From an uncultured Bdellovibrionales bacterium (GTDB lineage Bacteria > Patescibacteriota > Minisyncoccia > Moranbacterales > UBA1568), in assembly GCA_964580285.1 (NCBI GenBank), contig CAZOKB010000002.1, positions 34,770-98,769 on the forward strand: 64,000 bases of DNA, read 5' to 3'. This document shows, piece after piece, positions 30,025 to 38,161 of the stretch (position 1 is its first letter; each line of letters opens with the position of its first letter). A program made the position numbers and the translations under genes. The notes under the pieces were generated by a model. It was given only the letters and a program-made list of their open reading frames with translations, was not told the DNA's origin and did no database searches.

Positions 30025-31557
30025 ATGGAACTGAATTGGAAGAAAACATGGATGGTTCTCGGTCTTATCTTGGTACTTGGTTTTGGTATGCGTGTGTATC
30101 ATTTGGGAAATAATGCCTTCGTAGCGGATGAATTCTTAGACATGAATTCTGCATATGGTTATTTCAAAACTGGGGAATGGAAAGCGTGGGATTTCAATTC
30201 TGGTCAGTCGAGTCAAGTGAATATCAATGAAGCGCGGGATGAGCGGGCGAATATCTACAAGTGGCAGGTAGCCGAGCTTTTCCGTGTACTGCCACCGACC
30301 GAGGCGACTGCGCGGAGTGTGAGCGTCTTCTGGGGTGTTGTTTCGATGCTCGTTGTGTTCTGGAGCACTCTTGTTTTCACAAAACGCAAAGAAGTTGCTC
30401 TCATAGCCACTTTCCTGTTTGCGGTATCGGTGGCAGGGATTATTTTTGATCGGCGGCTGCGGATGTACGCGATGTTTTTTCCGGCTTACCTGGCTTTTGC
30501 GACAACGGTATATCAGGCCTTGGAGTTGGAATATCGCGGCAGAATTAAAGCCTTGCGGATGCTCTGGGAAAAGACAGGAATCCATGGATGCTATGCACTT
30601 CTTACCGCTCTTCTCGGAAGCATATCTCTTCTGGTACACCAGCTTTCGGCGGTGATGGCGTTTTCTCTCGCAGCATACCTCTTGGTACAAGCGGTGCTAG
30701 CTTATCGCGAGACGAAGTCGGTGAAAAATAAGTATGCCGTACTCTTCGGGCTTGGTATGCTGAGTGTGGGAGGGTTAGCTCTCGTTGTGCCGCAGTTCGT
30801 CCGCTCGTTTGCAGCGGGACTTATCTGGTTTGATGATCACTATAGTTACATCGGGTATGTACTCCAGGATTTCGCGCACCCATTACTGGGAGTGTTACTC
30901 ATGGTATATGGTGTCCATTACCTCGGTATCCAAATGAAAGACAAGAAGGCTGCCTGGTATGTCACGCTTTCATTCCTGGTACCACTCGCGCTCGCGATTT
31001 GGTTCTTCCACCGCAATGCTGGTCCGCAGTATATTTACTTCGCGCAGTCATTCGGTTTGATCTTGGCAGCCCTCGGAATGTGGCGTATCTGGACCGCTGT
31101 AAGCGAGAAATTTCCTGAATGGGGCAAGCGAGGGATGTACACCGCTCTCGTCTTTCTTTTCCTCTTAATTCCAAATTACGGCTACTTCTTAGAAGAGAAC
31201 AATACCTACCATGAAACATCGTCGGGTGGGAATCCAAATTATCGAAAAGTGTTTACTTTTTTCAAAAAGGAACGACTTGCGAGCGATGTCCTTGTAACGA
31301 GGAATTTCCGAAACTACTATTTTTCGGGAGCAAATGTCCGCATCTTTGATCTCGGGGATGAGATTGATCGTAGCCGTATGACCGTGAATCAATTCTTGCT
31401 TATTCGAGAATCAAATCCGACCGGATGGGTGATCCTTTCCGACAATGATATGAATGACTATATTTCCAAGGATCTTCGAATGTATTTTGAGCGGAACCTT
31501 GAGCGAGTAAGTAATGATCAGGTTCGCGGATCGGTGTTTGTGTATACGTGGAGATAG
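30025..31557 (+). CDS. GT-C fold membrane glycosyltransferase, GT39/PMT-like (paralog 3)
   Basis: TM1 then MRVYHLGNNAFVADEFLDMNSAYGY (DE motif loop), ~11 TM helices. Confidence 0.7.
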   Translation: MELNWKKTWMVLGLILVLGFGMRVYHLGNNAFVADEFLDMNSAYGYFKTGEWKAWDFNSGQSSQVNINEARDERANIYKWQVAELFRVLPPTEATARSVSVFWGVVSMLVVFWSTLVFTKRKEVALIATFLFAVSVAGIIFDRRLRMYAMFFPAYLAFATTVYQALELEYRGRIKALRMLWEKTGIHGCYALLTALLGSISLLVHQLSAVMAFSLAAYLLVQAVLAYRETKSVKNKYAVLFGLGMLSVGGLALVVPQFVRSFAAGLIWFDDHYSYIGYVLQDFAHPLLGVLLMVYGVHYLGIQMKDKKAAWYVTLSFLVPLALAIWFFHRNAGPQYIYFAQSFGLILAALGMWRIWTAVSEKFPEWGKRGMYTALVFLFLLIPNYGYFLEENNTYHETSSGGNPNYRKVFTFFKKERLASDVLVTRNFRNYYFSGANVRIFDLGDEIDRSRMTVNQFLLIRESNPTGWVILSDNDMNDYISKDLRMYFERNLERVSNDQVRGSVFVYTWR

Positions 31558-31580
31558 TATTGAAAAATAAAAAAAAAGAT

Positions 31581-31608
31581 GCCCCGATTCGGTTGTCGGG
31601 GCTTTTTA
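31581..31608 (+). terminator. intrinsic terminator after GT39 paralog 3
   Basis: GCCCCGA-ttcggttg-TCGGGGC followed by TTTTTAT. Confidence 0.7.
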
Positions 31609-31856
31609 TGCTGCATGGAGCGCTTTCATTTCTCGGCGCTCTCCATTTGACTTGCGGGTTGGAGGGTCCTGGCGACGATGCGCCAGAAGAGGGAGATTCC
31701 TTGGAGCGTGATTGCGCACGCGGCAAGAGTGAAGAAGAATGGATTCGGTGGTGTCACGGTGATTCCTTTCTTTGTGTTGAGGTTAAGTGGCTACTGCTCT
31801 TTTATTGTAGATCTGATATTTGGTGGCGTAAAGAAATTGTCAAGATGGTTTTTGGG

Positions 31857-31914
31857 AAAATAAAAGCCCTTCGGGAGGTCTCCTGATTTTCAGGGGGAAT
31901 TCCTCTCGAAGGGC
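31857..31914 (-). terminator. intrinsic terminator for high-GC small gene
   Basis: 13-bp stem (GCCCTTCGAGAGG / CCTCCCGAAGGGC, 1 mismatch) then TTTTATTTT on the minus strand. Confidence 0.45.
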
Positions 31915-31944
31915 AGTGTGCGCGGCTGTTTGGCCGCAGCTCGA

Positions 31945-32334
31945 TCAGCTGACGCCGCCGGTGCCGACCAGGCCGATGTTCGCAGCCGCGGCGAGCTCTT
32001 CGCGCGAGACGCCGATGGGCGGGGAGGCCGTCATGCCACCGAGCATCGTCTTGGAGTCGCCGGCACCGACGTTGATCATTGCGCGCTTGTCGACCTTGAT
32101 GGCCAGCGCGGTGGCGTCTCCGAAGCCACCGCCGGTGCCGTTCTTGGCGGTCAGGGCATTGGCGGGCGGCACAGACTTGGCGTTGTCGGCGTAGGCGTAC
32201 ATGCTGCCGGTTTCCTTGGCGACCGTGTTTTCGGCACTCTGCGTGACGGCAGCGGTCGGCGGGTCGGAAGCGGCGAAGGCAGCGGGCGCGGTCAGGGCAA
32301 CGAGGGCAGCGAGCAACAGGTGTTTCCGTTTCAT
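31945..32334 (-). CDS. small secreted protein (Sec signal peptide), very high GC, likely foreign origin
   Basis: MKRKHLLLAALVALTAPAAFA/AS signal peptide with AxA site; Gly/Ala-rich mature part; ~68% GC versus ~50% in flanks. Confidence 0.5.
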   Translation of the reverse strand: MKRKHLLLAALVALTAPAAFAASDPPTAAVTQSAENTVAKETGSMYAYADNAKSVPPANALTAKNGTGGGFGDATALAIKVDKRAMINVGAGDSKTMLGGMTASPPIGVSREELAAAANIGLVGTGGVS

Positions 32335-32397
32335 GATGCGGTCTCCTGTGACAGTGGATGGGTTTGCTGATTACAAACCTGAATCGATGTGTTGATT

Positions 32398-32450
32398 CAA
32401 ATCAGCAGGATGGGAATTTGCACTGAAAAAACGCCCAATCTGCTGATTTG
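32398..32450. promoter_or_regulatory. 11-bp perfect inverted repeat CAAATCAGCAG / CTGCTGATTTG upstream of the high-GC gene
   Basis: arms at 32398-32408 and 32440-32450 separated by 31 bp, 64-116 bp upstream of the minus-strand start codon. Confidence 0.3.
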
Positions 32451-32532
32451 GATGGCCTGTTTGAGCCATTGAAAGTACTAAGAGCTATTATCTATAAAAT
32501 GGCATCTCGTGTCAAGTTTTTTTGAAGGCTAT

Positions 32533-34005
32533 CTAAGACTTCTTGCCGAAGAGCTTGGCAAACGGTGCCCAGTCAGATGGTTTCAGTTCTCCGAAGAGCC
32601 GAAGGAGAATGAAGTAAAAGACGAAGAGGCAGGCGCCCGAGATGATGAAGGTAATGGTTCCATGTGGCAGGAATTTCGCAAGGAGGGTGATGAGGAGAGA
32701 GGAGATGAATGAGAGGGCGATGGTGCGCATCGGAAGCCTCGCAGTGAAGTGTTTCTCGGTATATATGAGGATGGCGATCATGAGGAGGAGCGAGATGATG
32801 GTCGTTGAAAGGGCGGCGCCGATGAGCGCGTACTTTGGAATAAGAAGGAAATTGAGGATGATCATGCCAAGGAAACCGAAAAAAGAGAGTTTCATCGGGA
32901 TTTTTACCAGATTTGCGCCATTGAGAGCGAAAGAAAGAACATAGAATACTGTAAGGAATCCGACGCCGATGGTGAAGATGTTCATGGGTGCTGCGGCGTC
33001 GAGGTATTTTTCGCCATAAAAAAGATTGAGGATTTGTGTGGAATAGGCGATCATGAGGGTGACAAATGGAAAGAGGAGGAGTGTCATAAGCCTGAGGGAT
33101 TTGTTGACGAGATTTTTTGTTTCCTCGGTATTTCGCTCGGCGGTCGTTTTTGATATTGCTGGGAGGAGTATGATAGTGAGCGCGTAAAAGAGATAGTAGG
33201 GGATGCGACCGACCGTGATGGCGGCATTGTAGATACCGGTCAGGTAGTCGCTTTGGAGAAGACTCTTCACGAAATAGAGATCGAGCGTGAGGATGAATTC
33301 GTAGAAAAGAAGAAAAAGCGTGAGTGGCCAGGCATAGGTAAGGAGGGTTTTTCCGGAGAAATCGATGGTTTCATTTTTCGCCTGCTTGGTGGCAGGGAAG
33401 TATTTGTGCGTGATGAAGATATCGCACAGAAGAGCGATAGTGAAAACAAAAAGTGGTGCGGCGATGTAGCCTGAGACTGCGCCTTGCACACCGAAGAAGT
33501 AGGCGAAGCTGATAATGAAAACGATGCGAGCTAGGGCACGGGTAGTTTTTAGAATAGCCTGCAAGCGGAAGAAATGAAGGCCGGTGTAGTAGTAGAAATA
33601 AAATGAGGCAGCGGCGAAGGCTGGGATGATGAGGGAAGAAAGCTGAAAGAGCGGAGTAAGCGTGGCATCATGAAGCGCCCAGGCGAGAAGCGGAGATGAG
33701 AAGAAGAAAAGAGCCGTAACTCCGAGCATAAGCATGGCTTGCATGCGCATAGCTTTGTATTTGATGCCCATGATTTTCTCCGGAGCGCTCTCGAATATTT
33801 CAGCGAGATATTTGGACATGGCAGTCGGGATTCCATTGCCAATAAGGATGATAATCATGGTTGTCATGGTAACAATGATGCTGTAACGACCATAATCAGC
33901 AGGCCCGAGAATGCGGCCGACCGAAGAATGGATGACATACCCGGCGATATTGAAGATGATTTCCGACACTGTGAGCCAGATGAGCGCGGAGGAGAATTTT
34001 TTCAT
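32533..34005 (-). CDS. MOP-superfamily (Wzx/MurJ-like) polysaccharide flippase
   Basis: 490 aa, 14 TM helices, composition and length typical of 'polysaccharide biosynthesis protein' flippases. Confidence 0.75.
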   Translation of the reverse strand: MKKFSSALIWLTVSEIIFNIAGYVIHSSVGRILGPADYGRYSIIVTMTTMIIILIGNGIPTAMSKYLAEIFESAPEKIMGIKYKAMRMQAMLMLGVTALFFFSSPLLAWALHDATLTPLFQLSSLIIPAFAAASFYFYYYTGLHFFRLQAILKTTRALARIVFIISFAYFFGVQGAVSGYIAAPLFVFTIALLCDIFITHKYFPATKQAKNETIDFSGKTLLTYAWPLTLFLLFYEFILTLDLYFVKSLLQSDYLTGIYNAAITVGRIPYYLFYALTIILLPAISKTTAERNTEETKNLVNKSLRLMTLLLFPFVTLMIAYSTQILNLFYGEKYLDAAAPMNIFTIGVGFLTVFYVLSFALNGANLVKIPMKLSFFGFLGMIILNFLLIPKYALIGAALSTTIISLLLMIAILIYTEKHFTARLPMRTIALSFISSLLITLLAKFLPHGTITFIISGACLFVFYFILLRLFGELKPSDWAPFAKLFGKKS

Positions 34006-34110
34006 AGTGATTTTATTCGAAAGAATACCTCTATTATAGCGTATTTTGGCTTATTTACGAAAAATAAAAAGGGATACCGCAGTATCCCATGTCGTGATTG
34101 CCCGGTGAAG

Positions 34111-34338
34111 TCAGGGATTTCCCCACCCCTTTCTCTTGGCGAGACTGTCCATGCCGGTTTGGACTTTGAAACCTTTTGGTGCCGGTGGAAGTGGTGTTCC
34201 GCAGGTTCGACGGAGATACTTGTCCATCGGTTTGGCGGCTTGCTCGGCTGCCATCGCTGCTCTTTGTCGCTCGAGCGATCGGTTGATGAACATGTCATCA
34301 AAGGCGTGAGTCATGTTTTCCTCCTGTTCGTTGAACAT
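34111..34338 (-). CDS. hypothetical small protein
   Basis: 75-aa ORF between tmk-like gene and flippase on the same strand; no recognisable motif. Confidence 0.3.
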   Translation of the reverse strand: MFNEQEENMTHAFDDMFINRSLERQRAAMAAEQAAKPMDKYLRRTCGTPLPPAPKGFKVQTGMDSLAKRKGWGNP

Positions 34339-34368
34339 GCTTCCGCTATACCAATACTGGACACTCCG

Positions 34369-35001
34369 TCAAATCAGCTTTTGAATTTCCTGAAAAATAA
34401 CTTCTTTGTCTCTGTTTGCATCGATGGTGATCATATCCCAATCGGAGAGTTTTTGTTTGAAGAGGGCTTGTTTGGTGCGGAGATACTCGATACCTTGCTC
34501 CGGAGCGCGATCGCGAGCCATGATGGTTTCGGGAGCTACATCAAAGTAAAAAGCGATATCCGGACGGACGAAAAAGTGTTCAATAAGACACATACGAAAA
34601 TGTGGCGAAAGCAGAAAAGTAATGAATTGTGAGGGCTGTTTTTGAGAGAGGAGGTATTCGGTATTGATGAACGAATCTTGCAGAGATCGATCAGAGAGAA
34701 GGTAGTCGAATGGTTCTCGTTTGAGTTTTTTCAAGAAGCTGCGGAAGCGGAGAGTATCGATAAAAAGAAATTTCTGTCGGAGAAGAATAGAAAGCCAAGA
34801 GGCTTGAGTCACGCCTTTTTCTTTACCGGCTTCAAAATTCTTTTCGCCTTTTAGGGAACGACTCAGGCGGTTGGCGAGAGAAAATTCGACAGCGTGAAAA
34901 TAGGCAACTTTTTTGCCTTCGCGCTCGAGATGTTCTTTGAGAAGCCTGAGTTGGGTCGATTTCCCTGACCCATCTACGCCGGAAAAAGTGACAAATTTCA
35001 T
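34369..35001 (-). CDS. tmk: thymidylate kinase-like P-loop kinase
   Basis: MKFVTFSGVDGSGKSTQ Walker A in Tmk arrangement, DR(S) motif, LID-like basic region. Confidence 0.65.
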   Translation of the reverse strand: MKFVTFSGVDGSGKSTQLRLLKEHLEREGKKVAYFHAVEFSLANRLSRSLKGEKNFEAGKEKGVTQASWLSILLRQKFLFIDTLRFRSFLKKLKREPFDYLLSDRSLQDSFINTEYLLSQKQPSQFITFLLSPHFRMCLIEHFFVRPDIAFYFDVAPETIMARDRAPEQGIEYLRTKQALFKQKLSDWDMITIDANRDKEVIFQEIQKLI

Positions 35002-35007
35002 AAAAAT

Positions 35008-35076
35008 TTGTCATCCTGAGCGAAGTCGAAGGATCTTATAGAAGAAATGCAGATTCCTCGACAAGCTCGGAATGAC
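35008..35076. repeat. imperfect palindromic element (two ~27-bp arms, 16-bp spacer)
   Basis: TGTCATCCTGAGCGAAGTCGAAGGATC ... GATTCCTCGACAAGCTCGGAATGACA; begins 7 bp upstream of the tmk-like start codon. Confidence 0.45.
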
Positions 35077-35140
35077 AGAAATAATGTACTGTCTAAAGGT
35101 ACCAAAAAGTATTCTTATGAGCAATGCGCTTTCTAGGTAA

Positions 35141-35171
35141 TAAAAAACCTCATGCAAACTATCGCATGAGG
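35141..35171 (-). terminator. intrinsic terminator after gene 35206..35517
   Basis: CCTCATGC-(8 nt)-GCATGAGG hairpin followed on the minus strand by TTTTTTATT. Confidence 0.6.
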
Positions 35172-35205
35172 CTAATATGAGAAAACAGCTTGTCTAATCA
35201 ATAGA

Positions 35206-35517
35206 TCATCTGCCAGTAAACGCACGAGCTACCTTGATGATTTCATCTTTAGGGTAACCGGAATGATGTTCCTGTAGGGAAAAATCAGAGAGGCATCCGA
35301 TACGTTCGAAATCTGCTTCTGGGTCGATCGGAAATGGCGTGCCAATGGCCTTGAGGCATTCTTTTTCGCTGTGGGACTCGATAATGAAGGGGACGCATAC
35401 ACCGAGGGTCAGGAAACAGGCAGTGAGTTTGTATCTGCCGCTACCAACCTGGGCAGGATCGTCCTTGTAGAGGAATACGGTTGTGTCGTTTATGGGGCGT
35501 GGTGGGTATTGAGACAT
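35206..35517 (-). CDS. hypothetical protein
   Basis: 103-aa ORF with RBS-like context and its own terminator; no motif recognised. Confidence 0.45.
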   Translation of the reverse strand: MSQYPPRPINDTTVFLYKDDPAQVGSGRYKLTACFLTLGVCVPFIIESHSEKECLKAIGTPFPIDPEADFERIGCLSDFSLQEHHSGYPKDEIIKVARAFTGR

Positions 35518-35668
35518 CTCGTTCTCCTTGTGACGGGGTTTGGTAAGGTACGGTCTAAATTCAGATAGTTCACTGTGTCATATGTTTGTTCGGACGTCAA
35601 TTATAATCTCTGTTTTCATAAAAATCGTATAGACTAAAAGCGTTAATAGGTGCTATTCTCAGCAATAT

Positions 35669-37054
35669 ATGAGCCTGCAATCGCTCTCCAAAAATCTCTT
35701 CTTAGCATTTGTGTTTTTCCTTCCGTTTCAGATGGTGTATTTTTTGCGTGAGCCATTTATACACGGAGAGAAGTGGCAGTACGGGACTGTCGCTGTCTAT
35801 GCGTCGGACGGTATATTATTTTTAGTCCTCATCCTTTTTTTCGTTTCCGGTGGTTACATCAGGAAGATTTTTGATTTTAGATATTGGATTTTGGATCTGA
35901 AATCTAGAATCAAACATCTAAAATCAGAATCGGCGCTACTTGTAGCACTGATTCTCTGGGCCGGGCTTTCTATCATGTGGGTGCCGGATCGGTTCTTGGC
36001 TGGGTATTTTTTCGTGAAGCTTTCTCTAGCTGTCGGACTCTTCCTGGCGGTTCGATCACTTGGCGAAAGATCAGTGCGAGGTGTGATACTGGCGTTGATC
36101 ATCGGGGCGGTGCTCGAGAGCGTGCTGGGGATAGGGCAATTCCTCACTCAGTCGACCTTTGCATCGACCTGGCTCGGTATGAGCGCGCACGAAGCAGGCC
36201 TGGCTGGAACATCGGTGTTAAAAATTGATGGCCAGCGTTGGTTGCGAGCGTATGGTACTTTCCCGCACCCAAATATGCTCGGGGGATTCCTCGCGGTCGT
36301 ATTCACGCTTGGGGTCGGATACGCCACTTTTTACGGTGAGAAATATATCCGAACCGTCCTATTGAGTCGCGCTGAACTTCGAGAGAGCGGCGCCTCACTT
36401 CAAGACCGGTTTTGGGATACCGTTCGTATGGCAGGTATCGTAGTGGCTTTAGCGGTAATCCTTCTTGGTCTCATTCTGACGTTTTCGCGCTCGGCTTGGC
36501 TAGGGGCGGTTCTCGGTACCATAGCGTATGGTATATGGTGTATCAAGTATCCTGTATGGCGGAAGCCGTATTTTTGGATACTGGGAGTATTGGGAATAGC
36601 AGCGGTAGTTTTTATCGGATTGCTCCACGAAACAGTATTCCCAAGATTTGATACAGCGGTCATCGAACGAGAAGGATCAGTATCAGAGCGCGTGCAATCG
36701 CTCCGGGATGCCGAGCGTGTCATCGGTGAGGGGAATCTCCTGCTGGGAACGGGAGTAGGCAACTTTACTGCAGCCGTGATGCTACTTGAGCCGGTACGGC
36801 CGGTCTGGAGCGTGCAGCCAGCGCACAATGTCCCTGTGCTCATCTTTGCTGAGCTCGGCTTAGTCGGTTTTTTGTTGTTTGTAGGATTTCTTGTATTTTC
36901 TTTGTCTTCGATTCTAAAATCCAGAATCATAAATCCAGAATCTACAATTCTTATTGTTCTTCTCCCAAGCCTTTTCCTTGATCACTGGATCTGGACGTCG
37001 CATTTCGGCCTATTCTTCTTTTTCTTGCTCCTTGGATTCGCTGTGCGGAAATAA
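35669..37054 (+). CDS. O-antigen ligase / Wzy_C-domain membrane protein (paralog 1)
   Basis: ~11 TM helices with large periplasmic loop containing FSRSAWLGAVLG (Wzy_C signature-like R-S-A-W-L). Confidence 0.75.
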   Translation: MSLQSLSKNLFLAFVFFLPFQMVYFLREPFIHGEKWQYGTVAVYASDGILFLVLILFFVSGGYIRKIFDFRYWILDLKSRIKHLKSESALLVALILWAGLSIMWVPDRFLAGYFFVKLSLAVGLFLAVRSLGERSVRGVILALIIGAVLESVLGIGQFLTQSTFASTWLGMSAHEAGLAGTSVLKIDGQRWLRAYGTFPHPNMLGGFLAVVFTLGVGYATFYGEKYIRTVLLSRAELRESGASLQDRFWDTVRMAGIVVALAVILLGLILTFSRSAWLGAVLGTIAYGIWCIKYPVWRKPYFWILGVLGIAAVVFIGLLHETVFPRFDTAVIEREGSVSERVQSLRDAERVIGEGNLLLGTGVGNFTAAVMLLEPVRPVWSVQPAHNVPVLIFAELGLVGFLLFVGFLVFSLSSILKSRIINPESTILIVLLPSLFLDHWIWTSHFGLFFFFLLLGFAVRK

Positions 37055-37223
37055 TGAACAGCTCTCGCTTCGCAGAAATCTTGCGGAAAATGAGTATGGC
37101 TGCTATCCTCTCTTGAGAGACATTTTATATGTTACACAATCATTCTACAAAAACCTGGTCTGGCTTTGTTTGTAATACCCTTTCTTTCCTGATTGAGCGG
37201 TAGTTTTTGTGATTGTCTTGCTT

Positions 37224-37246
37224 CCGCCCATCAGGCGGTTTTTTTT
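37224..37246 (+). terminator. intrinsic terminator
   Basis: CCGCC-catca-GGCGG followed by TTTTTTTTC. Confidence 0.5.
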
Positions 37247-37267
37247 CTTTTTACCAGGAGAAAAGTC

Positions 37268-38074
37268 ATGTTCATTCCTCAATCAGGGGTTACGATCCAT
37301 AATCATAACTTCTCTGTAGTTCTTTCACACCGTCGACCATCAAAAGTGATAATCGCTGTTCCGCATGACGGGCCTATGCGTGATGATTTTTCTGGGATAT
37401 TCCAGATCCGATCATCGGGTGTCCAGGTTCGTGATATGCATGTATGGCAGATCGTTAGTGATGTTACCCGCCAATGTCTGAAGTTCGATATGACGGTTGA
37501 TACGATCCGTTTTCTCATGGCACGATCCTATGTGGATGTGAATCGTACGATGTTCAGTGAGCCTGATCTTTGTCCTGATACTGCCGGACAGACGGCTTTC
37601 GATGATCATGGTCTTGAAACGATGTATAGGTATTACCATAGTGAGCTTGACCGCCTTCTGGATGCATCGGTTCGCGAGTATGGGGCGGAGAATGTTTTGT
37701 TCCTAGATATGCATGGTTTCAGCAAGCAGCCTGAGTTTGTCTATAATTCTGGCGGCGGCGAATACCGTCCATTCGATATCATTCTCGGAACAGCGAATCG
37801 GACGACGATCAATCACGGAGATATTGATCGGCAACTCTTTAGATTTATGGAAATGAAAAGTTATACGGTGTTTCTGCCCACGGAAAAGCCGATTTTTCCG
37901 GATGGTGATCCGTATAGCGCTGGTCATTTTACGCGTCTGTATGCCAAGAGGTACGGCATCAATACGATCCAGGTAGAGATCGCTGCCTGTTTTCGTATGG
38001 GAGAAAACTCGAAAGATGCAGGAGAGAAATTAGCTGCGGATATATCTGAGTTTTTATCTCAATATTACGCATAA
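37268..38074 (+). CDS. N-formylglutamate amidohydrolase (FGase) family-like hydrolase
   Basis: VIIAVPHDGPMRDDF and FLDMHGF resemble the FGase/zinc-dependent amidohydrolase signatures; AGGAG 8 bp upstream of ATG 37268. Confidence 0.5.
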   Translation: MFIPQSGVTIHNHNFSVVLSHRRPSKVIIAVPHDGPMRDDFSGIFQIRSSGVQVRDMHVWQIVSDVTRQCLKFDMTVDTIRFLMARSYVDVNRTMFSEPDLCPDTAGQTAFDDHGLETMYRYYHSELDRLLDASVREYGAENVLFLDMHGFSKQPEFVYNSGGGEYRPFDIILGTANRTTINHGDIDRQLFRFMEMKSYTVFLPTEKPIFPDGDPYSAGHFTRLYAKRYGINTIQVEIAACFRMGENSKDAGEKLAADISEFLSQYYA

Positions 38075-38161
38075 TGCGAATCAAAAAACCGCTTCGGTCA
38101 ATATGACGGAGCGGTCTTTTCTTTTTCCCTATTCAATATTCCATATTCGATATTCTTTCTC

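Noticed and set aside
31548-31886. 112-aa + strand ORF and overlapping 31400..31726 ORF downstream of the GT39 gene
   Set aside because: They span a strong intrinsic terminator (31581-31608), have no start context and carry no motifs. They were treated as non-coding intergenic sequence.
31916-32370. Two overlapping + strand ORFs (92 and 150 aa) in the 68% GC islet
   Set aside because: They overlap the minus-strand ORF that has a bona fide signal peptide. High-GC DNA generates long open frames on all strands; only one of them can be real.
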